A DNA stretch of 64,000 nt from Hemiscyllium ocellatum. Lineage: Eukaryota. The DNA lies in assembly GCF_020745735.1 (NCBI RefSeq), contig NW_026867473.1:485730-549729 (forward strand), in the 5' to 3' direction. Under the pieces are notes generated by a model. It made no database searches. It was given only the letters and a program-made list of their open reading frames with translations, and was not told the origin of the DNA. The first letter of the stretch is position 1, and every line of letters begins with the position of its first letter. Below are positions 1-13,159 of the stretch, in pieces. The translations under genes and the position numbers were made by a program.

Positions 1-1421
1 TCCATTTGTAACGGTCTGAAAAACAACTTAAGGCAGAAACCCAGATGTGTGAGAAATGAAAAAAAAAGAGTTTTTAATGGATTGACTTTTTAAAAAAAAC
101 TCAGTTCTAATTGTAAACGAACTGAATTTTGTTTTGAGTAGCCTCATTCAAAATAAAATTTGGGACCTAAATCTGAAACTGCAGAATTGATCAGATTACG
201 TAATTGAAACTAACTTAAAATTATAATGTGGTAATATTTGTCCATTCAGTAATTTTGTTTTGACCATGAGGTGATTAATCAATATATGCCTTCAACCCCA
301 CTCTACTGTGCGCTGCACAAGATTGTCATGATCAGGAAGGGTGTGCAGGTTAGAAATAAATTGAACTATTGCCAGAAACGTTACAGCTTTAAGTGTTAAG
401 TCCCCTCACAAACAAGGTTGCTATTATGACCTGTTATTTCTATTCAGTTTAATCATTAGTTTGCTTGATTCTGAGCAGCTTTGTTAGACTTCAATTTGGT
501 TTTATTTGTGAGGTGACATCATGTTCTTGGTTCTGTTGAAAATGTTTGCAGAGCTAGTTCTGCTGCAAACATACCATGTTGTGATCTGGTGATCGTTGAT
601 CTGTTGAGGAGGGACTGTGCTTGGGTAACATTAAATGTGTTATATTTGGGAAACCGTTTCTGGTTTCTACATTGTTTTTGCAATGTTAACACGGTTGGTG
701 ACAGTGAACTGCTCTTTCCTCATTCAATGCAATCAGCATGCGAGTTAAAATTTCATAAAGTCTATTATAAAGTGAAAGGCAAATCGCACAGGTTTTAGAA
801 ATGAAGGGAAAACAGATACCTTCAGGTGCTATTTTTACTTAAAATAAATAATTAAGGATTAATCTAATCCATGCTTTACAATCCAAATTCGAAACTCAAC
901 TATCTAGTTCAATCACAAGGTCTGTCTTTAAGCAGTTTACAAGTCATAGAGAAATATAAATAGAATTTCAAAAGTCTAATGTTCTAATAGTTCTTGCTCT
1001 TGAGCAAAAATGCCATGACTGTGCTATAATTGATCAAGAAACACCTTTCAATTCCGCTGTACACTACATACATATTTTTCTGGCTGGAAAAGATCATTGG
1101 CAAAGACCATTTGGAAATTCTGCTCAATTCTATGAAGAACAGATCAGTTTCACTGCTTTGATCAGTTTCACATATAACTTGAGTTAATTAATTGTTATGT
1201 CCCTGATTAAACTGGATTTGCAGGATAAAAATAAAACATTAACTGAATTATTTAACCTGCACAGTGCTTTAGGTGTTCCCAATCTGTGCATTTTAAATAA
1301 ATAGTTACATTTTACAACAAAATATCAACTGAAGAGTCATTCTTCAGGAAACAACTGCTCTAGTGAATTATGTGACCAACCAAATTTCGAATTAATTAAA
1401 GTAATCCACTCATGAACTCCA

Positions 1422-1762
1422 GGGCAGCATGGTGGCTCAGTGATTGGCATTGCTGCCTCACAGCGCCAGGGTCCCAAATTTGATTCCACCCTCGGGTGAC
1501 TGCCTGTGTGGAGTTTGCACATTCTCCCTGTGTCTGTGTGGGTTTCCTTCGGGCGCTGTGGTTTCCTACCACAGTCCAAAAGATGTGCAGGTCAGGTGAT
1601 TGTGCAGTTTAGCACAGCCATAGTGTTCAGGGATGTCTAGGTTAGGGTGCATTAATCAAGGACAAATATAAATTAGGGGGAATGGGTCTGGGTGGGCTAC
1701 TTACTGTTCAGAGGGTCAGTGTGGAATTGTTGGGCCAAATGGCCTGTTTCCATACTGTAGGA
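1422..1762 (+). mobile_element. HE1-type tRNA-derived SINE
   Basis: Head gggcagcatggtggctcagtg...gctgcctcacagcgccaggg, body ctgtgtggagtttgcacattctcc, and tail ttgttgggccaaatggcctgtttcc; matches other copies in the window. Confidence 0.85.
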
Positions 1763-2007
1763 ACTCTCCTCTTAAAACCATGGGAGTACTTGCTGCAAAC
1801 GCAGAAAATTCATTTTACATCGATGTGTTCAGGCATATGCAGAGTTCACAAATTTGCAGAAGACATGAACTAGAGGATAACAGAGCACATTGTTTATTCA
1901 AACACTGAAAATAGAGTAATATTTATTTTAATTAATATACTTGATCGATTTATTGCAATGTAGCGATCTGAAGGAATCTGCTCACATTAGTTCAGTGTGA
2001 CAATCAT

Positions 2008-2297
2008 TTAGATTAGATTTCCTGCAGTATGTATCAGGCCATTTGGCCCAACAAGTCCACACCGACCCTCTGAAGAGGAACCCATCCAGACCCATTCCCC
2101 TACCCTATATTTACCCCTGACTGATGCACCTAACACTATAGACAATATAGCATGACCAGTTCACCTGACTTGCACATCTTTGGATTTTGGGAGGAAATCC
2201 ACACAGACACAGGGGAGATTGTGTAAACTCCACATAGGCCGTCACCCGAGGCTGGAACCGAGCCTGGGTACCTGGATCTGTGAGGCAGCAGTGCCCA
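2008..2297 (-). mobile_element. HE1-type SINE (reverse)
   Basis: ttagattagatt tail, ggcccaacaagtccacacc, ...gtgaggcagcagtgc; reverse complement of the 1422 copy. Confidence 0.8.
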
Positions 2298-5015
2298 CAT
2301 TTACTTAGACATCCGTTAAAGTGGGCAACTCCAGACAGAAGCATGTTTTCAATTCATACCTTTTTCAACATTTTAGTTCATTACAAGCAGTTAACAAGAA
2401 AATAACCTTGCCCTAATTCCTTCAACAGAAATGCTTTCCACACTGGAATGCAGTATTGTTTATGCAGTGCATGCAAAATCTCCACAATTCGAGGAACGTT
2501 TTAAGAATATGTAAAAATAATTTAGAGAATAATCCATTTCCTCCAGATCTGTGCTTTAATTGGCGATATTTCCCACCTCAATAATTTTGTTAAATACAAT
2601 GACTTATTAAGTTTATGAACTCAGTGGTTATTTATGTTCATTGTGAACACATTCTCGTTCACATTAATCCACTGGTTAGTTCCTCTGATGAATATTCAAT
2701 TACAGTGAATATATTTGACGTGAGGAGTTGAGCAATGTATCCTCTGGGATTAAGTCTGTTGTACAGTTTGTTTCAGTGCTATCTCTGACTAACTTGTCCA
2801 CGGTCCTGACCATTTATAAATTGTCCAGTTCGGATACCTGAATCTCAGACAGTTCAATTTTATCTCGCGCTTCAAAACCACCTTTATCTGCCAGAAATAC
2901 AATATTTGATTAGGTGCCTCAGAATTGAGAGCCCTGACTAAGTTGTTCCAATCAGAACGAACGTTTCAGGAACAAAAGGCAGATAGCAAGAGTTTTGAAA
3001 TTGGTTGTTGACAACAAGAGATATTTGATTGAGCGAGGCAGAGGGAAATATGCTGCATATTTTCTTTGTGCCTCAGTTATGCAGGAGATGTTTCGTGGCA
3101 CAATGTAAAATCAGAATTTTTTTTTGCATCTTATTATTTGAAAACTTATTATCAGCTTTTAATGTTACTGGCAATGGTCTTATTACACTTCAAAACATTT
3201 TAATCTTTTTCAAACTAAGTAGACCGTCTGGTGCAGCAACATTCACAGGGGAAAGAGGAAGGGAGTTCGAGGTTGGAATCTAGTGACAGTGAATTGATGG
3301 CAATGCAATTCCTAGTTTTATTGCTCTGTAGTTCCCATCGAGTTTGAACAATTTGGAGCAGCTGTCAAAGTATTCTTGGATAAATGTTGAAATGTTACTT
3401 TCATTGTACAAACATTCTGGAACAATCCCTGGTTGTTGGAAGGTGTTAATAACTAACATGGTTTATAAACTGTCAAAACAGGTGAGCTGTGTTCTCCGTG
3501 ATAGTGTCGCGCTCATTGTGTTCAGGTCTGTTGTGATGTTGTGGTAGGGTCCCTGATTCTGTGCCAGGTGGCCTGTGTTCACTTACAACCTGTTAGAGAG
3601 GTATGTAACACCATCTCTTATCAGGTTACTTCAGTACAAGAAAGCAGATTGAGATGTTTGGGTGTTTGTTGGAATTCCACTCACAGAGGCCAGTGAAATC
3701 TATTCAATCGCTGTCCTGACTTGTGTCTCTTAGACATTAAACAGAATTTTGGTGGTTAGCAGCTTTTTCCAGATCAATATTTGTTCACAAGCTTTTGGGC
3801 ATCGCTAGATGGGGTTAATGGAGTAAGTGCTCAAAGAAATCCCAGCTTTTGACTTGCTGTTCTAACAATATCATTTATAAATAATCCCGAATGAAACATT
3901 TTCAAAGTATATTTGATGAGATTTTGCTTAGGCTGTTTTACTTTATATTAAACCAGTGCTGTAGCTGAATTTGATTGTTCAGTACTGTGGGGGTTTCCGT
4001 TGAATCCAACACTTGCAGCAGATGGTGATAGCTTTTCAGTTGGTCTTCCATTGCTATCTCAGACCATCCAGTACCTCTGCTAAGAATCCTTTTTCCAACA
4101 GGAGTCAAGCCAACGGAATCACTGTTTATCTCAACGGGTGTGAGCTCTTGTGCCAAAAACATGAAAACAATTTGGTGAAGAGGGGGTCTCTGGATGGGAA
4201 AGGTTAACCTTGCCTTCTCTCCACAGGAGCTGCTAGACCTGCTGAGTTTCTTCAGACGTTTCTGTCTTTATTTTGGTTTTCTAGCATTTAAAGTTTGTTG
4301 TTTCATTGAAAAACGTTCTGTTCGATTAAACACGTTCTTCAGAGAAAGGATGCATTTGAACAAATTGCAAATGTTCAGAGATATTATTGAATTTGAGTGC
4401 CCTGATCTCGAGCTGTAGTTTCACAAGAAACTATTATGAAGTAACAACACACTGCAGAGTGCAGTGGCTGCTGTAATTGGGTGGAAGTTATTTTGATCAC
4501 TCAAATAGAGAATGTCAGTGATCCCGTTCAAAATAATCAACAGAAGTTTTTTTTAAAGCATGTGTGAAACAATTAATTTATCGAAATATTTTAATAAAAA
4601 GTATTCACGGCCAGTGCTAGCTTAATGAATGACACAATGATAGGAAGGTAGGAACAAGAGGAGGGCACTCAGCCCCTCTAGTTGTTCCCCCACTTACTTA
4701 GATCATGGTGCATCTGTGAGCTCAATCCACAGGTCTCCCTTTGGCTAAAGCTCTTTAACACCTTTGTTTAACAAGCAAAAACTATCCCAGATTTACTGAT
4801 TTGACTGCCCATAACAAAGGGAGACACCATTTCTGAAAGACATTCCTGTGAGTACTGTGACACAATGAGGCTGGGATTAATTGCTCATGAAAGTAAACTT
4901 TAAATATCTGACAATTTCCAATTGAAACATCCCAATCATCATATTTCATTAATTTAACACTATACTTCCCTGGAATCAAGAAATATAATGTGTGATTGCC
5001 TTGCTAAAAATGAGG

Positions 5016-5216
5016 AGAAAGTGAGGACTGCAGATGCTGGAGATCAGAGCTGAAAATGTGTTGCTGGAAAAGCACAGCAGGTCAGGCAGCATCCAAGGAG
5101 CAGGAGAATCGACGTTTCGGGCATGAGCCCTTCTTCAGGAAGGGCTCCTTGGATGCTGCCTGCTCCTTGGATGCTGCCTGACCTGCTGCGCTTTTCCAGC
5201 AATACATTTTCAGCAG
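5016..5216. mobile_element. Short Penelope-like terminal-repeat insertion with hammerhead core
   Basis: Flanked by the 15-bp direct repeat TTGCTAAAAATGAGG (5001-5015, 5217-5231); partly self-complementary. The minus strand at 5111-5138 reads CUGAAGA-A-GGG-cucaug-CCC-GAAA-CGUC. Confidence 0.75.
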
Positions 5217-5321
5217 TTGCTAAAAATGAGGGAAGCTTCATTCCTATTATATGATTAAGAAATAGGTCTGTTCATTCAGTGAAAACACAGTCAAATCACT
5301 CAAAAGGAAACCATGATTTGG

Positions 5322-5518
5322 AGATGCTGGTGTTGGACTGGGGTGTACAAAGTTAAAAATCACACAACCCCAGGTTATAGTCCAACAGGTTTAATTGGAA
5401 GCACACTAGCTTTTGGAGTGACGCTCCTTTATCAGGTGATAGTGGAGCGTCACTCCGAAAGCTAGTTTTTTTCCAATTAAACCTGTTGGACTATAACTTG
5501 GTGTTGTGTGATTTTTAA
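5322..5518. mobile_element. Second Penelope-like family, palindromic terminal repeat
   Basis: Near-perfect inverted repeat 5353-5518 (ttaaaaatcacacaac...gttgtgtgatttttaa); a related copy lies at ~39500-39660. Confidence 0.65.
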
Positions 5519-6089
5519 AAAAAGGAAATCATGTCATCTTGTGTAGACACACAAGTGCCTCAAATAATTTTCAATTCTTCTAGTGGTTGTTTGAATCTCG
5601 AGACAGGTGTGGAAGTGTCAGACTTTTTATATCGCCTTGAGAAACAAGTTGTCATCAGTCTATTTGAATTGCTGAAGTTTGTGTGGTATTAGCATATTCA
5701 CAGCGCTGTTAGGAAGTGAGTCCCATGGCTGTGATTGAGGAAGAGGAAACGGGCAGGGAAATAGTTGAGAGTTAAGTTGAAGTCTGATATGGAGGAAAGC
5801 TTCACATGCATGTGTGCCCTTATCCTCAAGGATCACAATTTTGGAATATGCTGCCGAAGGGACATGTCAGCATGCAAAATGGAAGCTGAAGAAGGCATCT
5901 CGGCCTCTCTAGAAGGCTATTCCATTCATGGGATCATCATTAATCTTGCTGCTCATCAATCTTCCCAACACACTGATAACATTGAACCTGATTGTTTACT
6001 GTTCAACACAAGAATGGTGAATTCGTTTGGAATTCTCCACCACAGAAATTCATAGATTCAAGACTCATAGATTCTTGAAAGCGTTGTCT

Positions 6090-6395
6090 CAAGTACCTAG
6101 TGTGTTGAAGGTGTTTGGCGCACGTACCTTCATTGGTCAGAGCACTGAGTGCAGGAGTTAGGGCTTCATGTTGTAATTGTCCAAAACATTGGAATGAACT
6201 GCCAGGGGAAACGGTAAATGCAGAGCTAGGTCCCACATTGAGAAGACATTTGAACAGCTACAGGAACTGGATAGGTCTGGATGGATATGGGCCAAAGGCA
6301 GGCAAGTGGAATGAGTTTAATTTGGGAACTCTGGTCAGCATGGATGGGCTGGACCAAGGGAACTGTTTCGGTGCTGTACGACTTTATGTCTCACT
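6090..6395 (+). mobile_element. CR1 (HER1-like) LINE 3' fragment
   Basis: ggaatgaactgccaggggaaacggt...agacatttgaacagctac...gctgtacgactttatg; similar to the 3' end of the 31.4-35.2 kb LINE. Confidence 0.65.
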
Positions 6396-7016
6396 GACTT
6401 TATGGTGGATAGGCTCAAAGTTGGAAGGTGGTGAGCAAGTGAGGGGCTAGATTGGGCATGTGGGAAAGTTTGGGCTGGTAGGCTGGCTGCTGGGTAAGCT
6501 TGCGTGCACTCTGTCTGGCAAGGTGGCATCAAGGGAAATGGTAATGGTCACAGGATAATTTGGTCGAATTGTGCTTGGTAGGTGAGGGGTAGTTTGAGCT
6601 GAAATGCAGGAGGTCTGTCTTTGCCAGGCTGGTTTATGGAGAGGTGGGCAGGATGCCAGGCTGGTTAGTGCAGAGATGGGCAGGGTGCCAGGATGTTTCA
6701 GGGGGTGGAAGGTCACTGTAATGAAGTGACAGGTGGACGTGTTGTCAAAATGCAAAGCTCAGAGTCTGGCAAAATGGTAGGTTGTAAAGCACAGATGCCA
6801 AAGGAGCTAGGATGCAATGTGCACAGGTTGTCTTGGGTAAGATGAGAGGTCAGTGATCAAGGGCTGAGGTCATGTCTTGGGTAGTGGGCTTTTGTCAGAG
6901 GTTGTGGAAATGATGGTGTCAGGTCCAGTCAGGGCCAGGTTCACCATGGACCAGGTACAGGGCGGCAGGAGTGTAAATGACTGAAAGGAATTGAGATCAT
7001 ATGTCCATCTGGAATA

Positions 7017-7680
7017 TAGAATATAGAACATTACTGTGCAGTACAGGCCCTTCAGCCCTCGATGATTCCACAGGTCAGTGTAAAAATCTGAAGCCTATCT
7101 ATCCTACACTATTCCATTTTCATCCATATGTTTATCCAATGACCTTTTAAATGCCCTTAAAGTGGGCGAGTGTACTATTGTTGCAAGCAGTGCGTTCCAT
7201 GCCCCTACCACTCTCTGAGTTAAGAAACAACCTCTGACATCTGTCATTTATGTCCTCTCCTGCTAGCCATCACTATTCAAGGAAAAAGACTTTCACTGTC
7301 CACCCTCTGTTTATCTTTTATGTCTCAATTAAGTCAACCTTCTTCTCTCAAACAAAAACAGCCTCAAGACCCTCATCCTTTCCTCATTAAACCTTCCCGC
7401 CATACCAAACAACATCCTGGTAAACCTCCTCTGAACTCTTCCAAAGCTTCCACATTCTGTCTATAATGTGGCGACCAGAACAGTACACAATACTCCAAGT
7501 GCAGCCACACCAGAGTTTTGTACAGCTGCAACCTAACCTAGTGGTTCTGAAACTCAGTCCCTCTATCGATGAAAGCCAGCACAAAGTATGCCTTCTTAAC
7601 AACTCTATCAAACTGGCTGGCAACTTTTAGGGATCTGTGTACATGGGCACCGAGATCTCTCTGCTCAGCTACACTGTCAA
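7017..7680 (-). mobile_element. CR1 LINE 3' fragment (reverse)
   Basis: (atagaa)n tail, cagtacaggcccttcagccctcgatg, and RT C-terminal sequence homologous to 34400-35170. Confidence 0.8.
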
Positions 7681-8144
7681 TATGGATTGCCTTGGATGTG
7701 TTTTGTGTGATAGGGGGTTGTGTGTTCTGGGCATGAATGGGTGTATAGCAGGGTGGGGTTTGTCAATGTGAGTGGAAATTTAGGTCTAGGCAGAGTAAGT
7801 GCAGTGGTTAGTCTGAGAGATGAGGTTTGGTGGTGAACTGCGTATCAGTTTGATAGTTATTAAAGTTAAAGATTACTTGTTCATTTCTCAAATCATATTT
7901 ACATAAATACTCAGCTGTAACACTCCAAAGTCTCTGAACTTTAATGGTCCTCCATTTTTCAGAGGCCTCCAGAATTCAGATAATTGTAAATGAGATGTTT
8001 CAACTACCAGACAATTGGCCTGAGTTCAGCCGTGGCAGCCATCCTCCCCGTCCCAGTGCTCAGCTCCTGCCTGTGCTGCTGCTGCTGCTGCAGTGACCTT
8101 CCTCCCAGAGAGAACATTCTGTCTTGCATTGATAAGTGAGGAAG

Positions 8145-8450
8145 GCTCACTGGACCTGATTTCCAAGTATGGGGATGGCAAACACGAGGGGACACAACTT
8201 TAAAGTGAGGAGAGATATGTATAAGACAGATAGCAGAGGTAGTTTCTTTACTCATTGAGTAGTAAGGGTATGGAGTGCTTTGCCTGCAATGGTAGTAGTT
8301 TAAGTACATTTAAGTTGTCATTGGACAGGCCTATGCATGTACATGGAATAGTGTAGGTGGGATGGGCTTCATATTAGTATGTCAGGGCAGCGCAACATCG
8401 AGGGCCGAAGGGCCTGCACTGCACTGTGATGTTCTATGTTCTATGATTCA
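8145..8450 (+). mobile_element. CR1 LINE 3' end
   Basis: ggggacacaactttaaagtgagg...gagggccgaagggcctgcactgcactgtgatgttctatgttctatg terminal repeat. Confidence 0.8.
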
Positions 8451-8507
8451 CTCTGATTTCTCTCCGGGGGTACTGCCAGCTGTTGGGTACCTAGTACGGT
8501 ACCTAGT

Positions 8508-8820
8508 GGGGCGGCACGCTGGTTCCATGGTTAGCGCTGCTGCCTCACAGTGCTAGGGACTCTGGCTCCATTCCAGCCTCGGGTAACTGTCTGTGTGGAG
8601 TTGGCACTTTCTCCCCATATCTGTGTGCATTTCCTCCCACAGTCCAAATCTGTACAAGCTGGGTAAATTGCAAATGTTGTGTTCAGTGATTGGGAGGTTA
8701 GATGCATTAGTCAGGGTTAACCGTAGCATAATAGGGTAGAGGAATGGGTCTGGATGCGTTTCTTTTCAGAGGGTGGGTGTGGACTTGTTGGGCCAAATGG
8801 CCTGTTTGCACACACTGTAG
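8508..8820 (+). mobile_element. HE1-type SINE
   Basis: gggcggcacg...gcgctgctgcctcacagtgctaggg...ggacttgttgggccaaatggcctgtttgcacacactgt. Confidence 0.8.
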
Positions 8821-9170
8821 AATTTCGATGAATCTGCATTTCCTTGGTTTGTATTTTGTGAAACTTCTCTGCTCTTCACAGCAATCCAATGAAAGTGTCA
8901 ATTGGTGAGATCTTCAAACAGTTACTGGGGTGGGATCAGGATGTTCTTCTTCCTAAATTATATGGCAATGGTCAAGGTCGAGGGCATGTTTCTCAAGAGG
9001 GAACCAATGATCATGATCAGCAACTGGTAGGAAACAAAAATAAACTCCAGTTATGCTGTAGACTTCAGCGGGAGCATACTGGCAAACGGTTACAGCTGAG
9101 GATACATTTGAGTAACTGATAAGGTCAAATTAACAGAAACTAACATGCTCAATTGGTCATTCTATTGTAG

Positions 9171-9479
9171 AGACACCATCTTCCCCCACGCTTTATGGCC
9201 TGGTCTCCTCCTGTGAGGAGCACAGCACCGATTCGACAATCTTTGGTTGTTTGGTGATGGACTATTCCCCAGACATCACCAAGGTAACCTGGAAGAAAGG
9301 TGGGGTGCTAATCACGAATGGTGGATTGAAGACTTACCCATCCGTGAGAAACAAGAAGGGAACCTACACCCTGAGCAGCCAGTTAACCCTGCCCGGGTCA
9401 GCGGTAGATTGCCCCAGCAAAATCTACTGTGAGGTTCAACACAGCGGGTCACACAAGAGCAAAGAAATGCCATGTCCAG
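9171..9479 (+). CDS. IGHM: IgM heavy chain constant exon Cmu1 (CH1)
   Basis: Acceptor ttgtag|AG at 9170/9171 and donor CCAG|GTACGT at 9479/9480; 309 nt, phase 1 at both ends, no stops. Translation (E)[102 protein letters not shown] is a C1-set Ig domain (C...W...C) with the N-terminal SSC cysteine typical of shark mu CH1. Confidence 0.95.
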
Positions 9480-12400
9480 GTACGTATTGTGGGAACTGAG
9501 ATAAACAGAGCATCTGGCATTAATATAAATAAGGCATTATTTATAACCATTTTCACAGAATCCCCTTATACAGTACAGGAAAAAGGCCCTTTGATCCATC
9601 CAGTTTACGCCTATCAATAACAGCCACCTAACTATTCCAGTCTCATGTGCCAGCACATGATCCATTGCCTTGTGTGACTTGCCCTTGCAAGGATGCATCT
9701 CAATACTTCATACTTATTATGAGTGGCTCAGTCTCTACATGACTTATAGGTGCTGAGCTCCAGGCTAACACCACCCTCTGTTTGATTTTGTTTTCCCCTG
9801 AGATCCACTTGGAACCTCCTGGCCTTACCTTCACCCTGTGCCCCTGAGGCATTGATCTCTCCATCAAGGGGAAAGGTTTCATCCAGTTTACCCAGTCTAT
9901 GCCTAAAATAATTCTAGACATCATGATAATCTTCTCCCTAATTCTCCTCTGCTCCAAGGAAAACCCCTGTCTATCTCATCTAGTTTCATAACTAAAACCC
10001 TCCAACCCAGGCAAGATCCTGGCAAATCTCATCAATACTGCCTTCAGTGTAATCACATTCCTTCGATAACATGCACACAACGCTTCAGTATGGCCTAACC
10101 AGTGTTCTATCAAGTTCCAGTATCATCTCCCGATTCTTCATTGTCAATGTCTAGGCTAATAAAAGCAAATATCCTCCCACCTCCTTAGTCTCTTTATCCA
10201 GACAACACAGTACTATAGGGGATCGGTGGGTACATGCACCAAAGATCCTCAGGCCTTTCCAGGGTTCCACCATTCAAAATGTCATACCTCTCAGATTCTT
10301 CTGCCGAATTACATTACCTTACATTTATCCAGAATAATTTCCATTTGCAACTTCTCTTCACATACAACCAACCCTTTTATATCCTCCTTCAATCTAAAGC
10401 CATAATGCTCATGACTTACCAACATGACAGTTTTCATTTCATCTGTGAATTCACTGGTTAATCCTCCTAAATTTGAGTCTCAATCATTGGTATGTAAGAG
10501 AAATAACGTGGAAATCAACCCCAATCCCTACAGAACACCAGGAGACATAGATTCCCAGTCACCCAGACACCCGATGACTATTATCCCCTGCTCCCATCAC
10601 TCAGCCAGTTCTCGATCCAATCTGTCAAATTAACTCGGATCCCATTGGCTCTGATTATTGCTATCATCTGGACATCGAGTTATCTCTCTGAAAACTACTA
10701 TCAAATTGTTACACATGACTTTCTCTCAATAAAACTATGCTGAAAATTGTTGATTTATCTTCCAAATGAAGACTAATTTCACTTTTCAACAGTTTCCCTA
10801 CCACTGAGACTAGCTTGACAGATCTGTGTTTTCATTATTTATCGCTTCCTTTGTCCTGCGTAACAGTGCAACGTTGGCTGATCTACACTCACTTGGCACA
10901 ACTGCTGTGGCCAGACAGTAATTCTAAATTATTGTTAGCGACCCAACTATTTCATCCCTTGCATCGCTCAACCGCTTGGTATACTTTTCATCTGCCCTGG
11001 AAATATAACCACTTTTCATTTAGCAAGACAACACAGAACATCACGTCATGTGCCCTAATTTCTGAAAGTACATCACAACACTCCTCCATGATTTCTGTCC
11101 CCACATTGTCCCTCTTACTAGTGAACACTGACACAACACATTCGTTTTGACCACAACCTAATCCTCCGGCTCCACTCCAATAATAACACTTAATGGGCAT
11201 TACTGTTTCCCGAATAATTCTTTTATTATGAATGAGCCTGTAACTTTTAAAAATATTTTCCTTTATTTTGACTCCTATTATTTTCTCGTGGTCCCTTTTG
11301 CTCTTCTAATTCCTTTGTCTTTCAAACTCCCCCTTGCACGTTCTGTACTCCATACTAATTTCTATTGTTTTGAGATTTCAGTATAGACAGGAAGCCTCCC
11401 TTGTTTCTCCTTATCTCACCCTCCATGCCCTTTGGTATCCAGAGCACGTTACATTCTTGGTCCCATTCAGTGGCTTCCTGGGAAATGTCCTCCCTATGAT
11501 TTTCCTGTCTCTTTCTTAAATGTTTCACACTGCTCTGACTCAGATTTACCAATAAGTGTCAGCTTCCAGTCCACTCTGGTTAAGTCATTACCTGATCTTA
11601 CTAAAATTGTCCTTCCCCTTTTCAGAACTTTGGGCCAATTTCTATTCCTTTGCAGTACAATCTGAAATCCAACTGATTTACGATCACTGTCTGCAAAGTG
11701 CACCACCGTTGATGTTTTACCCACTGGGTCGACTTCATTCCCAAAAGTTAAGTTCAGGTTCACCCCTCTCTTGCAAGGTCTGGATTAAAATTCTCTATAT
11801 TAACACATACTTTGTTTAAATATTCTCCTGGGGGCATTTTCAGAATTGTGCTCCCTCTAAACGTTAGACAAAATGAATATCCAAGCCTATGCTGAGGAAG
11901 TTAAAAACCTCTTTTCTCATTCCCCTATTTAATTTACATATCTCTGAAATTTATCCATGTATTTGCACTTGGTCTTTTGGATCTATAGTAAGGCATATCG
12001 TGCTCTCCCAGTAGTTATGTTTGCTGTATTTTGGTTTTGAAGTACTGTCCATTTGCCTTTGTTCGAGGAGGTATCTATGATTTCATTTCTCTTTACAGCC
12101 TAAAATACTCTTGTCAGAATTGTGACAGAAGCAACATTCCGTGCCGCACACCCCTGCCCCCATCCTTTTCCATCTTTCCCTGTCTCGCCTGAAGGCACTA
12201 AATCCTGGAAAATTGAATAGCCACTCCTGCCCCGCTCTCAATATGTCTCCGTGATAGCAACAGCATCATTTCCTCATTTATGCCGGTAATTCATCTGCCT
12301 TGATCATCAGACTCTGTCATTAAAATGAATACCATCCAATGTTGCTATCTCCCTTCTGATGTTACTGGCCTATAGTTTCTATGCCTCCTTGACTCCCTTG

Positions 12401-12591
12401 CTGTGTCCTATAATTTTAGCCTTTCACATTGTCCTGATGATCTTTCTGTGTGGATCCCAGCTTCTCCAGCACTCTGCACAATTATGATTCTTGTATCCAT
12501 TAATCACAAGAAACCTTGATATATGAGAACTGATTGTATTTGTTATGAAATTCATCAGATAATTTATGCGATGTGTTTCCTAAAGGTACAG

Positions 12592-12897
12592 GTCCTCTCC
12601 CACCAACTCTTCTCCTAACTGTGAGCTCCAGTGAAGAAATCGCAAGCAGCAAGTTTGCAACTGTCGTTTGTTCAATCATCGATTTCCATCCGAAGGCAAT
12701 CAACGTGACTTGGTTGAAAAATGGCCGACGCTTGGATTCTGGCTTCTTCACGTCTCCCGTGTGTGAGGCGAACGGGAACTTCTCGGTGACGAGTCGGCTG
12801 ATGGTCCCTTATGGTGAATGGTACAACAGCGCAGTCTATACCTGCCAGGTCACTCACGAAGAGAACATTCAAAGTAAAAACATCACCGCACTCCAGG
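12592..12897 (+). CDS. IGHM: IgM heavy chain constant exon Cmu2 (CH2)
   Basis: Within ORF 12573-12962: [45 protein letters not shown]...[39 protein letters not shown]. Donor CAGG|GTAAGA at 12897/12898. The acceptor is either tacag| (exon start 12592) or taaag| (exon start 12586); both are in frame. Confidence 0.95.
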
Positions 12898-13159
12898 GTA
12901 AGAGACACATACTGGGAGAGCTACAAATCACTCTGAACTCTGATGTGAATCAAACACACTAATTTATCAGGCGTGGTAAACAGCACGGTACAGCTTCTCA
13001 TTTCCCAGCATGTCACGTATCTCATTTCAGTTTGAATGTTACATTAGCATTGCTCATAATTCAACATTTTGGCAAGTCAGAAAAGCATGTTTCCTCTCTG
13101 TTGAAGGTAGATATATAGACAGTGAGCTTTGTTAAATAGTTTGTTAAATAGTTTGTTGC

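Noticed and set aside
1260-1300. CACAGTG heptamer as a recombination signal (also at ~19152 and ~28033)
   Set aside because: No ACAAAAACC-like nonamer at 12- or 23-nt spacing and no adjacent V, D or J coding sequence.
8004-8309. Minus-strand ORF with QQQQQ and a good Kozak ATG (MAATAELRP)
   Set aside because: Mostly antisense CR1 sequence plus a short (CTG)n run; the ATG-initiated part is only 12 codons with no splice support.
8889-9119. ORF just upstream of Cmu1 as an additional exon
   Set aside because: No Ig fold residues and no convincing splice sites.
1-9170. Mammalian-type class-switch (S) region upstream of Cmu
   Set aside because: No long tandem GAGCT/GGGGT array is seen; the G-rich stretch at 6400-7000 is short and irregular.
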